Source: an uncultured Solirubrobacterales bacterium (GTDB lineage Bacteria > Actinomycetota > Thermoleophilia > Solirubrobacterales > Solirubrobacteraceae). Taken from it: DNA of 64,000 nt. Of this stretch, positions 47,089 through 58,069 are shown one piece after another. Every line of letters starts with the position of its first letter. The stretch's first letter is position 1. The stretch covers positions 1,862,811 through 1,926,810 of the forward strand of contig CAVZGH010000001.1 of assembly GCA_963774785.1 (NCBI GenBank), written 5' to 3'. The translations under genes were made by a program, and so were the position numbers. The notes below the pieces were generated by a model. It was not told the origin of the DNA, did no database searches, and saw only the letters and a program-made list of their open reading frames with translations.

Positions 47089-47538
47089 ATGGCCCACCCC
47101 TTCATCTGCCCGAACTGCGGTCACCGCACGACCGAGCTCGACCGCAACATCGGCTTCACGCGCCAGCCGAAGGGCTGTGAGAAGTGCGGTTTCGCGTTCC
47201 TGTTCGAACTGCTCGACGACTACTACCCGGCGCCGGACGCGGCCTTCTTCGTGTGCGACGGCGAGGGCCGGGTGATCGGCTGTGGAAAGAACTCATTCGC
47301 CTTCACGGGCCTCGAGGAGGAGGAGGTGATCGGCCAGCGCGTCGAGCAGGTGCTGGGTCTGAGCTTTCAAAACGGCGATGACCCGGTCGCGACCGTGCTC
47401 GAGTGGGGAGTGCGCGCGCTCGACAAGCCCGTTCAGGTCGCCGGCGAGCGCGACGTCGCGGCCAGCGCGAAGGCGGACATGTTCCCCGCGTATGACGATG
47501 ACGGCGGGCTGTTGCTCGTGCTGACGCCCGACAAGTAG
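47089..47538 (+). CDS. Zn-ribbon plus PAS-like small protein
   Basis: CPNC...CEKC followed by a PAS-like segment (FVCDGEGRVI...FTG..EEEVIG). Confidence 0.75.
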   Translation: MAHPFICPNCGHRTTELDRNIGFTRQPKGCEKCGFAFLFELLDDYYPAPDAAFFVCDGEGRVIGCGKNSFAFTGLEEEEVIGQRVEQVLGLSFQNGDDPVATVLEWGVRALDKPVQVAGERDVAASAKADMFPAYDDDGGLLLVLTPDK

Positions 47539-47612
47539 GCTGAGGCGGAGCCGATGATCGACTGCAGCCGCCACCCGCCGAGCGCCGAGCGCCCCCGTCG
47601 CCGATCCTCCCG

Positions 47613-50600
47613 ATGACCGATCGCCGCCGCAACACCTTCGTCCTGCTGATCGTTCTCGGGCTGGTGATCGCCTCGCTGCTCGTGATCGTCGGCATCCCCA
47701 GCGTCGTGAAGGCCAAGAAAACGCGTCTCGGCCTGGACTTGAAGGGCGGCGTCGAGCTCCACCTACCAGGCGCGGCCGACCGCCCACGCGAAAGTGGACA
47801 CCGAATCGCTGGAACGTGCGATCACGATCATGCGCAAGCGCGTTCGACGGCCTCGGCGTCGCCCAGCCGGAAATCCAGCGCAGCGGCTCCGACGAAATCG
47901 ATGTGGCGCTCCCGAACGTCTCTAACGCCGGCCGCGCCGAAGCGCAGGTCGGCAAGACCGCGCTGCTGTACTTCTATGACTGGGAGCCGAACGTGATCGG
48001 TCCCGACGGCAAGCCGGCGCCGAGCGAAGCGAGCGTGACCGGCGGCGAGAACGCCGCCTCCTCGACCTCGGGCCTGCTCGAGTACCAGGCGGTGCTGCGT
48101 GCCGCCAAACGCCCGGCGATCATCCGCAAGAACGACACGACGCTGACCCCGGGCTGCACGCCCGAACAGAAGGAAGGCTGCATCTACGGCACCTGGTACC
48201 TGCTCGATACACAGAAGGGCAAGGAAAAGGTTCTTCGCGGCCCTGAGGAAACGAAAGCGAACCTCTATTCCGAAGGCTTCAAAGCGCCGAAGGGCGCGCA
48301 GTTGAAGGCCGTGCGCGTGAACCCGGGAACGGTGCTCGTGCAGGCGCGCCCGGTCGAAAGCGCCGCCGGCAAGGTCACGCAGTCATCGCCGAACAGCTGG
48401 TACGTGCTCAACGATGATCCCGTGCTGGAAGGCAAAGACATCACCAACCCGCAGGAGAGCTCGGAAAGCGAATCGGGCCAGCCGGACGTGAACTTCGGCT
48501 TTGACTCCCACGGCAAGAGCGTCTTCCAGCAGACCACCAAGGAAATCGCCCAGCGCGGCCAGGAAGCACAGCTGCCCGGGGTGACCAAGGAACAGGCCTT
48601 GCAGCACTTCGCGATCGTGCTCGACGGCCAGGTGATCACTGCGCCGTCGATCGACTACACGAAGTACCCGGAAGGGATCGATGCCTCACAGGGCTCCGAG
48701 ATCTCCGGTGGGTTTACGCTGACCTCGGCGGAAAACCTCGCCGACGAGCTGCAGTCCGGCGCGCTGCCGATCAAGCTGAACCTGATCTCCCAGTCGCAGG
48801 TCTCGGCGACGCTCGGCAAACAGGCGCTCAGCCAGGGCCTGCTCGCGGGGCTGCTCGGCTTCGCCGTCGTGTGCGCGTTCCTGCTGCTCTTCTACCGCGT
48901 GCTCGGCGCGATCGCGATCGGCGGCCTGGTGATCTACGCGATCTACTTCTTCGCGCTGATCAAGCTGATCCCGATCACGCTCACACTGCCGGGAATCGCA
49001 GGGCTGATCCTCACGATCGGGATCGCCGCCGATGCGAACATCGTGATCTTTGAGCGCGTCAAGGAGGAGGTCCGCGGCGGGCGCTCGATCGTCTCGGGCA
49101 TCGCGACCGGCTATAGACGTGGGTTTGCGGCGATCGTCGACGCGAACGTGGTCACGTTCATGACGGCCTTCATCCTGTTCGCGCTCGCGACCGCTGAAGT
49201 CAAGGGCTTCGCCTTCACGCTCGGCATCGGCACGCTGCTGACGCTGTTCACCGCCGTACTCGCCACGCAGGCCGCGCTCGGCGCGATGAGCCGCTCGCCG
49301 CTGGTCTCCCACAAGTCCGCGCTCGGCGCGGCGCGACGGGGGAAGGGCTGGACGTTCGACTTCATGGGCGCCTCAAAGTGGTTCTTCTCGCTGTCGGGCA
49401 CAATCCTGCTGATCGGCGCGCTCGCGATCGGCGGCAAGGGGCTGAACTTCGGGATCGACTTCAAGTCGGGCACGCGCATCCAGACGGCGTTCGTCAAGCC
49501 CGTCAGCGAGAAGCAGGTCGCCGAAGTGATGAGCGCCGACGGCTACGGCAACGCTGAGGTCCAGCAGTTCAAGTCAAAGAGCGTCGGCGGGCAGGGCTTT
49601 CAGATCTCGACCGAGACGCTGCGCCCGGAACAGGTCAAGAAGATCAGGGCGGCCTTCGACACGAAGTACGGCAACGGCGCGAGCGAATCGGGCACGCCCC
49701 ACTGGTCCTCGACCTCGATCGGGCCGACGTTCGGCAAAACCGTCGCCAACAGCGCGGTGATCGCGATCATCGCCTCGCTGCTCGTAATCTCCGCCTACAT
49801 CGCGCTGCGCTTCGAGTGGAAGTACGCGATCCCGGTGCTGATCGCGCTGATGCACGATCTCTTGATCACGGCAGGCGTCTACTCGTTGACCGGTCGCGAA
49901 GTCACGACCGCGACGGTCGCGGCGCTCCTGACGATCTTGGGATATTCGCTCTACGACACGATCATCGTGTTCGATCGCGTGCGCGAGAACGTGCCACGCA
50001 TGCCCCGAGCGGCGTTCTCGCAGATCGTCAATCGCTCGATGTCAGAGGTGCTGACGCGCTCGCTGGCGACGAGCTTCTGCACGCTCTTGCCGGTGATCTC
50101 GCTGTTGCTGTTCGGCGGGGAAACGCTGAAGAACTTCGCGTTCGCGCTGATGGTCGGGATCGCCTCGGGCGCCTACTCGTCGATCTTCATCGCCTCGCCG
50201 GTGCTGACCCACTGGAAGGAACGCGAGGGTTCCTACCGTCAGCGCCGCGCGCGGATCGTTGGCGAACTCGGCAGCGTGCCCGCGTATGCGACCGCGCTCG
50301 GCGGACAGCCGGTTGACGTCGAGCCCACCGATACCCGCAGGCGCAACCGGCGCGGGCGGATCACCGCTCCCGAGGAGCCGGGTGAGCAGATTTCCCGCGA
50401 CGAGTTCCAGGAACTCGTACGCGACCTCGATGTGGACGTCGAGTCCAGGCAAACCCAACAGTCTCGGCAGAAGCAGCGCGGTCGCGCCGCGGTCGCGCCG
50501 CGCCCCGCGCGCGAGCCGGAGGTCCAGGCGTCATCTGAGACCGCGTCTGAGACCCCGTCTGAGGCCGCGCCCGAGCAGACGCGCGATCCCGCGGCCGATC

Positions 50601-50695
50601 TCACTCCTGAGGACCTGGTGCTGAAGGAAACGCCGAAGCGTCGCGAGCGGAGGAAACGATCCCCCCGAAACAAACGCCATGGGAGGTCGCGCTGA
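47613..50695 (+). CDS. secDF: Protein translocase SecDF fusion (two 1-nt insertions near 47760 and 47845)
   Basis: LGLDLKGG, SGALP, DANIVIFER.KEE, GIDFKSG and DTIIVFDRVRE. Confidence 0.93.
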
Positions 50696-50976
50696 TGGGG
50701 ATGCTCGGCTGGGTGATGATGGGCCTCGCGATCTGGCACTTCACGATCTTCGTCCCCGACCGCTTCTGGGGTGGGATCGTGGGGGCGTTCGTCGGCTCGC
50801 TCGTCGGCGCGATCGTCGTCGGGCTGATCATCTATGGCCTGAAAGTCTCCGCGTTGGAGATTCCCGGGCAGAAGGCGACCGACATCGCGGTCGTGCTCTA
50901 TGCGGTCCCGGGCGCGCTGATCGGGATCGCGCTCGTGTACCTCGAGGGCATCCGTCGCGAACGCCAGAGCAGCTAG
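50695..50976 (+). CDS. Small membrane protein
   Basis: Three hydrophobic segments; TGATG coupling to secDF. Confidence 0.8.
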   Translation: MGMLGWVMMGLAIWHFTIFVPDRFWGGIVGAFVGSLVGAIVVGLIIYGLKVSALEIPGQKATDIAVVLYAVPGALIGIALVYLEGIRRERQSS

Positions 50977-50989
50977 GGCACGGCGCTCA

Positions 50990-51090
50990 GCGGGCGTCCT
51001 CGGTCGCTCGCGTGCGTTTGCACGCCACGCTCCCTGCGTCCTTACCGAAGCCGGGAGACACTCGCTTCGCTCGCATCCCCGTTTCGGCCA
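50990..51090. repeat. Possible REP-like extragenic element
   Basis: GCGTCCTCGGTCGCTCG...CGCTCCCTGCG and CTCGCTTCGCTCG motifs resembling extragenic palindromic repeats; only one copy seen here. Confidence 0.35.
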
Positions 51091-51184
51091 GCTTGGCCCT
51101 AGCGGCTCTGGATCGAACTGAGCTTCCGAACGGCACGCGGTGTCCCGGCGCGGTTCTGTCCTGACTGGGCCTTAGCCTGGCTGA

Positions 51185-53056
51185 GTGGAGAGGCCCCGCT
51201 TCGAGATCGCCGACTGCCCTGCCGACGAGGTGCAGATGCTGCAACGCGAGCTCTGCCTGAGCGAACCGCTCGCGCAGATTCTCGTGCGGCGCGGGCTGGC
51301 CGAGCCGGCACGGGCACGTGCGTTCCTTGCCGCCAACGAGGAGCATTCGCCGCTTGAGTTCGCCGGCATCGAGCAAGCGATCGAGCCGATCCTGCGACAC
51401 GCGGCGGCCGGCACCCGGATCACGATCCACGGCGACTACGACGTCGACGGGATCTGCTCAACGGCCGTGCTCGTGCGCTCGCTGCGGCGCCTGGGGGCGA
51501 ACGTCAACTGGTACCTGCCCGACCGCGCGAGCGACGGCTACGGGCTGAACCCGGCCACGGTCCAGCGGCTCGCCCAGCGGGGTACCCGCCTGCTCGTGAC
51601 CGCCGACTGCGCGATCACCGCTGTCGCGGAGGTCGCGCAGGCAAAGGCGCTCGGAATGGAGGTGGTTGTCACCGACCATCACTCACCGCGCGCCGACGGC
51701 GTACTGCCCGACGCCCCGATCGTGCACCCCGCGATCTGCGGCTACCCGTGCCCCGATCTCTGCGCCACGGCCGTCGCATACAAGTTCGCCCACACGCTCG
51801 AGCGTGCCGCCGCCACCTCGCTCATCGCCCGCGCCTCACCCGTCGCCCGCGCCTCACCCATTGCCGTCTCGGGCACTGAGCCGGATGCGGGCCACGAGGG
51901 CGCCGGCGCGGCCGCCAGTCGTGCTCTGGAGGAGGATCTCGACCTGGTGGCGTTGGCGACGATCGCCGACGTGGTCTCGCTCACCGGCGAGAACCGCGCG
52001 CTCGTGCGGCGCGGCCTGCGCGCGCTCGCGGGCACCGCCAAGCCGGGGCTGCGCGCGCTGATGTCCGTCGCGCGGGTGGATCCAGGCAAACTGACCGAGC
52101 GCTCGGTTGCCTTTGCGCTCGCGCCCCGGTTGAACGCCGCCGGACGCCTCTATCGCGCCGATGCGGGCCTGGAGCTGATCCTGACCGAGGATCCGCTGCG
52201 CGCGGCGCGGGTCGCCGAGGAGCTGAATCGCGCCAATCTCGATCGCCGGCAGGTAGAGACGCGCATCCGCTATGAAGCCGAAGCGCAGATCGCGGCATTG
52301 GATCCCGCCCACCTGCGCGCTGCGTACGTGTTGGCGGGGGAGGACTGGCACGCGGGCGTGATCGGGATCGTCGCCTCGCGCCTGGCCGAGCGCCACCACC
52401 GCCCGGTCGTGCTGATCGCCCTCGACGGCGAGCTCGGCAAGGGCTCCGGTAGGAGCATCGAGGCCTTCGACCTGCTCGGCGGCCTCACTGCCTGCGGCGG
52501 ACACCTGCGCCGCTTCGGCGGCCACCGCGCCGCCGCGGGCCTGGAGATCGAAAGCGCGCGTCTGGAAGAGTTCGCGCAGGCGTTTCACGAGCACGCCGAG
52601 GAGGTGCTCGACCCGCGGGACACGGCGCCGTTGGAGCGTGTCGACGCGATCGTGGAGTGCGATCAGCTGGGGATGGAGCTCGCCGAGGAGCTGCTCACGC
52701 TGGCGCCGTTCGGGCGCGGCAACCCGGGAGTGTCGCTGCTCGTGCGTGACGTTTCGTTCGGCGATTTGCGCCCGATGGGGGAAGGCAAGCACCTGCGCTT
52801 CACGCTCGAATCGGGTGATGCCCGCCACCCCGCGCGAGCGCGCGGGGTGGCCTTCGGAACCGGCTCCCGCCTGCCCGTCGCCGAGGGCGAGCCGGCCGAA
52901 GCGACGTTCACGCTCGAGATCAACGAGTGGAACGGCGTCTCAGAGCCCCGTCTGGTGCTCCGTCAGGCGCGGGCTCGCGAAGAGCTCGTCGTCGAGCAGC
53001 CGGTCGCGACGCCGGCGGCGACCGTCGAGGACGGGGAGCTCGTGCTGTTCGCCTGA
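51185..53056 (+). CDS. recJ: ssDNA exonuclease RecJ
   Basis: HGDYDVDG, TADC, TDHH, ATIADVV, PRLNAAGR, GSGRS and GGH..AAG. Confidence 0.95.
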   Translation: MERPRFEIADCPADEVQMLQRELCLSEPLAQILVRRGLAEPARARAFLAANEEHSPLEFAGIEQAIEPILRHAAAGTRITIHGDYDVDGICSTAVLVRSLRRLGANVNWYLPDRASDGYGLNPATVQRLAQRGTRLLVTADCAITAVAEVAQAKALGMEVVVTDHHSPRADGVLPDAPIVHPAICGYPCPDLCATAVAYKFAHTLERAAATSLIARASPVARASPIAVSGTEPDAGHEGAGAAASRALEEDLDLVALATIADVVSLTGENRALVRRGLRALAGTAKPGLRALMSVARVDPGKLTERSVAFALAPRLNAAGRLYRADAGLELILTEDPLRAARVAEELNRANLDRRQVETRIRYEAEAQIAALDPAHLRAAYVLAGEDWHAGVIGIVASRLAERHHRPVVLIALDGELGKGSGRSIEAFDLLGGLTACGGHLRRFGGHRAAAGLEIESARLEEFAQAFHEHAEEVLDPRDTAPLERVDAIVECDQLGMELAEELLTLAPFGRGNPGVSLLVRDVSFGDLRPMGEGKHLRFTLESGDARHPARARGVAFGTGSRLPVAEGEPAEATFTLEINEWNGVSEPRLVLRQARAREELVVEQPVATPAATVEDGELVLFA

Positions 53057-53127
53057 GCTGAGGCAGCTCGCGATCGGCCCGCGGGCGATCCCTTCAATCC
53101 GGGTGATCCGTCCCCTACCCTTAGAAC

Positions 53128-55482
53128 ATGGCGATCGCGAAGGATTCATTCACCAGCCCGCCCGTCGCCCAGCTCGAGCAGCCGCCACCTGCTCCCGACG
53201 CGGCCGTCGTGCCGAGCTCCGCCGAGCGTCTCGATCTGAACGAGCTCGAGCGCCGGCTGCTCGACGACCTGTTCGCGATCGTCTCCGAGCACGCCGAGGA
53301 CTCAGCGGTCGAGATCGACCGCGACCGCGTGCGCGATGCGTTCGTGTTCGCCTGCGAGCATCACGCCGACCAGCGGCGCAAGTCCGGGGAGGACTTCATC
53401 GTGCATCCCGTCGGTGTCGCGCGCATCTGCGCCGGCATGCGGCTGGATACCGAGACGCTGTGCGCGGCTTTGCTGCACGACACGGTCGAGGACACATCGG
53501 CCTCGATCGAGGAGGTGCGCGCGCGCTTCGGCGAGGAGATCGCCCAGATCGTCGACGGCGTGACGAAGCTGACCGGGATCGCCTTCCAGTCGCGCGACGA
53601 GGCGCAGGCGGAGAACTACCGCAAGATGATGGTGGCGATGGCCACCGACGTGCGGGTGATCCTGATCAAGCTCGCCGATCGGTTGCACAACATGCGCACG
53701 ATCGACGCGATGCCCAAGCAGAAGCAGCTCGAGAAGGCGCGCGAGACGCTCGACATCTATGCGCCGCTCGCGCACCGGCTGGGGATCCACGCGATCAAGT
53801 GGGAGCTCGAGGACCTCGCCTTTGCGACCCTGCACCCGCGCAAGTACCAGGAGATCAAGGGCCTCGTCGCCCAGCAGCGCGACGAGCGCGAGCGCTACGT
53901 CGCGGAGGCCGGCGAGTACCTCGCGCGCGAACTGCAGGCGATGGGGATCGAGGCGCGGATCGCCGGCCGCGCCAAGCACTTTTATTCAATTTATTCGAAG
54001 ATGACGAAGAAGGGCCGCGAGTTCAACGAGATCTACGACCTCACCGCGATGCGCGTGATCGTGGACTCGGTGAAGGACTGCTACGGCACCGTCGGCGTGA
54101 TCCACTCGCTGTGGAAGCCGCTGCCGGGACGCTTCAAGGACTTCATCGCGATGCCCAAGTTCAACATGTACCAGTCGCTGCACACGACGATCATCGGTCC
54201 CGAGGGTCGCCCCTTGGAGATCCAATTGCGCACGCAGGAGATGCACGAAATGGCGGAGTTCGGGGTGGCCGCCCACTGGATGTACAAGACCAAGCCCGGC
54301 CAGGATCCCGGTGAGCGTGGGGGCTCCCTGCCGGGGGGCTCCGGCGAGGACGCGAAGCTGCAGTGGCTGCGCTCGATGCTCGACTGGCAGAAGGATCTGC
54401 TCGACCCGCAAGAGTTCATGGAGACGCTGCGCACCGACCTGTTCGAAGACGAGGTCTACGTGTTCACGCCCAAGGGCGAGGTCAAGTCGCTCGCGGCCGG
54501 CGCCACCCCGCTGGACTTCGCCTACGAGGTTCACACCGAGATTGGCCACCGCTGCGTGGGCGCGCGCGTGAACGGAAAGATCGTGCCGCTGCACTGCGAG
54601 CTGCACTCCGGGGACATCGTCGAGATCCTCACCGCCAAGCGCGAGCGCGGTCCCTCGCGCGACTGGCTGGCGATGGTCAAGACCACGCGCGCGCGCAACA
54701 AGATCAAGGCCTGGTTCAAGGCGGAGTCCCGCCAGGACACCGAGCACACCGGGCGCGATCTGCTGCAGGAGCACCTGCGCAAGCAGGGCCTGCCGGCGCA
54801 GAAGATAACCGGCTCGGCGCTGCTCGCGGACGTGATCCGCGAGATGGGCTACCGCAAGGCCGACGACTTCTACATCGCGCTCGGCGCCGCCAAGGTCTCG
54901 CCGAAGGTGGTCGTCAACAAGGTGATGCAGCGCCTGAAGCAGGGCGAGGCCGCCGACGGCGAGGCGACGGCCGCCGACCTGTTGAGGGTGGGGCGCGCAC
55001 GGCGCCGACCGACGAAGTCCTCAGGCCAGTATGGAATTCGAGTGGACGGCGTCGAGGATGTGATGCTGCGCCTGGCGAAGTGCTGCCGGCCGGTGCCGGG
55101 GGATGAGATCGTCGGCTACATCTCGCTCGGCCGGGGGATCACGATCCACCGCGAGGACTGCCCCAATTCCGTGCTTTTGCGCAAGGACCCAGAGCGCTTC
55201 ACGAGCGTCTCCTGGGAGGGCGACCAGACGACCGCGTTCGTCGTCGAAATTCAGATCGACGCGTGGGATCGCCATCGCCTGCTCGAGGATCTCTCGCGAG
55301 TGTTCTCCGAGTCCGGCGCGAACATCCTCGAAGCGCGCTGCCTGTCCACGCCGCCGATGGTCAAGAACCGCTTCGTCGTCGAGGTTGCCGACACGCACAC
55401 GCTGAAGGGTGCGATCACGCGCCTGCGCAACATCGAGTCGGTGTTCGACGCCTACCGCGTCACCCCCGGAGCCGCCGGTTAG
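53128..55482 (+). CDS. relA: Bifunctional (p)ppGpp synthase/hydrolase
   Basis: LHDTVED, KLADRLHN, YQSLHT, AAHW, TGS and ACT domains. Confidence 0.96.
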   Translation: MAIAKDSFTSPPVAQLEQPPPAPDAAVVPSSAERLDLNELERRLLDDLFAIVSEHAEDSAVEIDRDRVRDAFVFACEHHADQRRKSGEDFIVHPVGVARICAGMRLDTETLCAALLHDTVEDTSASIEEVRARFGEEIAQIVDGVTKLTGIAFQSRDEAQAENYRKMMVAMATDVRVILIKLADRLHNMRTIDAMPKQKQLEKARETLDIYAPLAHRLGIHAIKWELEDLAFATLHPRKYQEIKGLVAQQRDERERYVAEAGEYLARELQAMGIEARIAGRAKHFYSIYSKMTKKGREFNEIYDLTAMRVIVDSVKDCYGTVGVIHSLWKPLPGRFKDFIAMPKFNMYQSLHTTIIGPEGRPLEIQLRTQEMHEMAEFGVAAHWMYKTKPGQDPGERGGSLPGGSGEDAKLQWLRSMLDWQKDLLDPQEFMETLRTDLFEDEVYVFTPKGEVKSLAAGATPLDFAYEVHTEIGHRCVGARVNGKIVPLHCELHSGDIVEILTAKRERGPSRDWLAMVKTTRARNKIKAWFKAESRQDTEHTGRDLLQEHLRKQGLPAQKITGSALLADVIREMGYRKADDFYIALGAAKVSPKVVVNKVMQRLKQGEAADGEATAADLLRVGRARRRPTKSSGQYGIRVDGVEDVMLRLAKCCRPVPGDEIVGYISLGRGITIHREDCPNSVLLRKDPERFTSVSWEGDQTTAFVVEIQIDAWDRHRLLEDLSRVFSESGANILEARCLSTPPMVKNRFVVEVADTHTLKGAITRLRNIESVFDAYRVTPGAAG

Positions 55483-56496
55483 CCGACGACGTTGAGCGCC
55501 CGCGGCAGGATCGAATAGCGCGCCTCCTCGACCTCACCGATGAAGTCGCCGTCAACCTGCAGCGGCAGCTGGCGCCCGTCGGCGCTCCGCACGATGAGCT
55601 CGCGCAGCGCGGGAAAGCTCGAGACCTGGCGATGGCGGGCGATGCGCGCCCGCCCAGAGAAGGCGCGCCACGCGATCGAGGGCATGTCAAGCGGTCGCGC
55701 ACGGTGCAGGACCGAGGCCGCGAGCGCGCCAGAGTCCAGCGCGGCGCCCTCGGCGACCTCGATCGGGCGGTTGTTGAAGTAGGTGAAGGGCGACCCGTTC
55801 TGCACGATCGTCGTGACGCCCTCGAGTCGCTGCCCATCTGCCTCGGCGACCATCCTCGGTGGGCGTACGAGATAGCGGCGGGCGAAAGTGCTGATCGCCG
55901 CCCAAGTGAAGTAGTAGGCGCCGAGGCGCGCCTTCAGGCGAGGATTGGAGTTCGACCCGCTCGACGACGCTCGCGTTGACGCCGAGGCCCGAGGCGAAGG
56001 TGAAGCAGCGGCCGTTGACGACGCCGAGATCGACCTTGCGCGGGCGCCAGTCATCGGCCATCGCGAGCAGATGCTCGGTCGCGTCGACGAGCTCGCCGGG
56101 GATGCCGAGCATCTTGCCGAACACGTTCGCCGAGCCGCCCGGCAGGCATGTCAGCGGGGTGGGGTTGGCGTCCGACCACCGCGCGGGCGAGCCGATCAGC
56201 CCGTTGGCGGCTTCGTTGACGGTCCCGTCGCCACCGAAGGCGACAACCACGTCATAGCCCTCCTGCGCGGCCTCGCGGCACAGCTCGGTCGCGTGACCTC
56301 GGGCCTCGGTGTCGACGGCGTCGACCTCGAAGCGACCCTGCAGCGCGTAGACAACGAGATGGCGCAGGCGGTCGGAGACCGTCGTCGCGTAGGGATTGAC
56401 GATGATCAACATGCGTCGCTTGCTCGCGGCCTGCAACGGCTCGAAGTCCTGCAGCGCCGTCAACCGCCGGTCCTGCTCGTGCACGGGAGAGCCCAT
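55479..56496 (-). CDS. Diacylglycerol/lipid kinase family protein (frameshift near 55953)
   Basis: IVNP, GGDGTVNE and PGGSANVF; C-terminal QVDGD in a second frame. Confidence 0.88.
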
Positions 56497-56583
56497 CGCA
56501 AGGCCCTACACCGCGTCGCTGGGAGCGTTACCGGGTCACCGATTTCTCGCTAGACGGATCACCGGTTGCTCGCCACGCGGCGC

Positions 56584-56611
56584 TTGCAAACGTCCGCGCG
56601 CTCGCTATACT
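56584..56611 (+). promoter_or_regulatory. Sigma70-type promoter
   Basis: TTGCAA-16 nt-TATACT upstream of the riboswitch. Confidence 0.6.
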
Positions 56612-56631
56612 GCGCGTGCAGACATAGCTGG

Positions 56632-56725
56632 ACACATCCAGAGGGGTGGAGGGCCTGGCCCTACGAAACCCCGGCAACCACCGTCAAAGTCACAGGCGGG
56701 AAGGTGCCAATTCCAGGAGATGTGT
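56632..56725 (+). promoter_or_regulatory. SAM-I (S-box) family riboswitch
   Basis: ACATCCAGAGGGGTGGAGGGCCTGGCCCTACGAAACCCCGGCAACC...AAGGTGCCAATTCC..GAGATGTGT matches the S-box consensus. Confidence 0.9.
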
Positions 56726-56785
56726 GGCGGGCTTCGCGCTCTTCGCCACACGTGACACGGCGAAGACTAGAGCGAAGGAGCCCAC

Positions 56786-58069
56786 ATGGCTGTCAGTCAT
56801 CTGCAGTGCAAGGAGTGCAAGACCCAGTACCCGCTGGAGGCGCTGTATGTTTGCGAGCAGTGCTTCGGTCCGCTGGAGGTCGCCTATGACCACAGTCGCC
56901 GCAGCCTCGACGTCGGCGAGCTGCGCCGCCGCATCCAGGGCGGCCCGCAGAACATCTGGCGCTACGCGGACTTCCTGCCGCTCGCCGGCGGCCCTCCCGG
57001 TCCCTCGGGCCGGCTCGCATCGCGCGCCGGCCTGCCGGCGGGATGCACGCCGCTGATCCGCGCGGACCGTCTCGCCGAGCGCCTTGGCCTGCGTGAGGTG
57101 TGGGTCAAGAACGACGCCGCCAACCCAACCCACTCATTCAAGGACCGCGTCGTCTCCGTCGCCGTCACGCGGGCGCGGGAGCTGGGTTTCGAGACGATCG
57201 CGTGCGCCTCGACGGGCAATCTGGCCAACTCGGTCGCCGCCCACGGTGCGGCCCTGGGCATGGATTCCTACGTGTTCATCCCCGCGAACCTCGAGGAGCA
57301 GAAGATCCTCGCGACGGGCATCTACGGGACGAAGCTCGTCGGCGTGGACGGCAGCTATGACGACGTCAACCGCCTCTGCACCGAGCTGTGCGCCGAGCGC
57401 GACTGGGCGTTCGTGAACATCAACCTGCGCCCGTACTACGCAGAGGGCTCAAAGACGTTGGCGTTCGAGATCGCCGAGCAGCTCGGCTGGGAGCTACCCG
57501 ACCGCTGCGTGGTGCCCGTCGCCTCGGGCTCGCTGTTCACGAAAATCGCCGCGGGCTTCCAGGAATGGAGCGATCTCGGGTTGATCGAGGACACCACCCA
57601 CCCCACCGACCGCCGGCTGCCGCGCATGAACGGCGCCCAGGCCGAGGGCTGCTCGCCCGTGGCCCGTGCCTACGCCGACGGCCACGAGGTCTGCCGTCCA
57701 GTCAAGCCGGACACGATCGCCAAGTCGCTGGCGATCGGTAACCCCGCCGACGGCCCGTATGCGCTCGATCTCGCGCGGCGCACGGGCGGCGGCGTGGACG
57801 CGGTCTCAGACGAGGAGATCCGGGCGGGTATCAAACTGCTGGCGGAAACGACCGGTGTCTTCACCGAGACCGCCGGTGGCGTCACCACGGCGGTGCTGGC
57901 AAAGCTCGCCGCGCGCGGTGAGATCGACCCCGGCGAGCGCGTCGTGCTGGTGATCACCGGCGACGGCCTGAAGACGCTCGACGCGGTGCGCGATTCCTTC
58001 GAGACATACAAGATCGACGCCAGCGTGGAGTCGTTCGAGAACACGGTGCCCGAGGCCGTCGCGGTCTGA
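56786..58069 (+). CDS. thrC: Threonine synthase-like PLP enzyme
   Basis: NPTHSFKDR, CASTGN, EGSKT, SLAIGNP and ITGDGLK. Confidence 0.9.
   Translation: MAVSHLQCKECKTQYPLEALYVCEQCFGPLEVAYDHSRRSLDVGELRRRIQGGPQNIWRYADFLPLAGGPPGPSGRLASRAGLPAGCTPLIRADRLAERLGLREVWVKNDAANPTHSFKDRVVSVAVTRARELGFETIACASTGNLANSVAAHGAALGMDSYVFIPANLEEQKILATGIYGTKLVGVDGSYDDVNRLCTELCAERDWAFVNINLRPYYAEGSKTLAFEIAEQLGWELPDRCVVPVASGSLFTKIAAGFQEWSDLGLIEDTTHPTDRRLPRMNGAQAEGCSPVARAYADGHEVCRPVKPDTIAKSLAIGNPADGPYALDLARRTGGGVDAVSDEEIRAGIKLLAETTGVFTETAGGVTTAVLAKLAARGEIDPGERVVLVITGDGLKTLDAVRDSFETYKIDASVESFENTVPEAVAV

Noticed and set aside
2570-55960. Programmed frameshifting or mass pseudogenisation (IclR, IS1380 transposase, yebC, secDF x2, lipid kinase)
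   Set aside because: Isolated 1-2 nt indels, mostly in short homopolymers and including important genes, are best explained as read or assembly errors; needs read-level checking.
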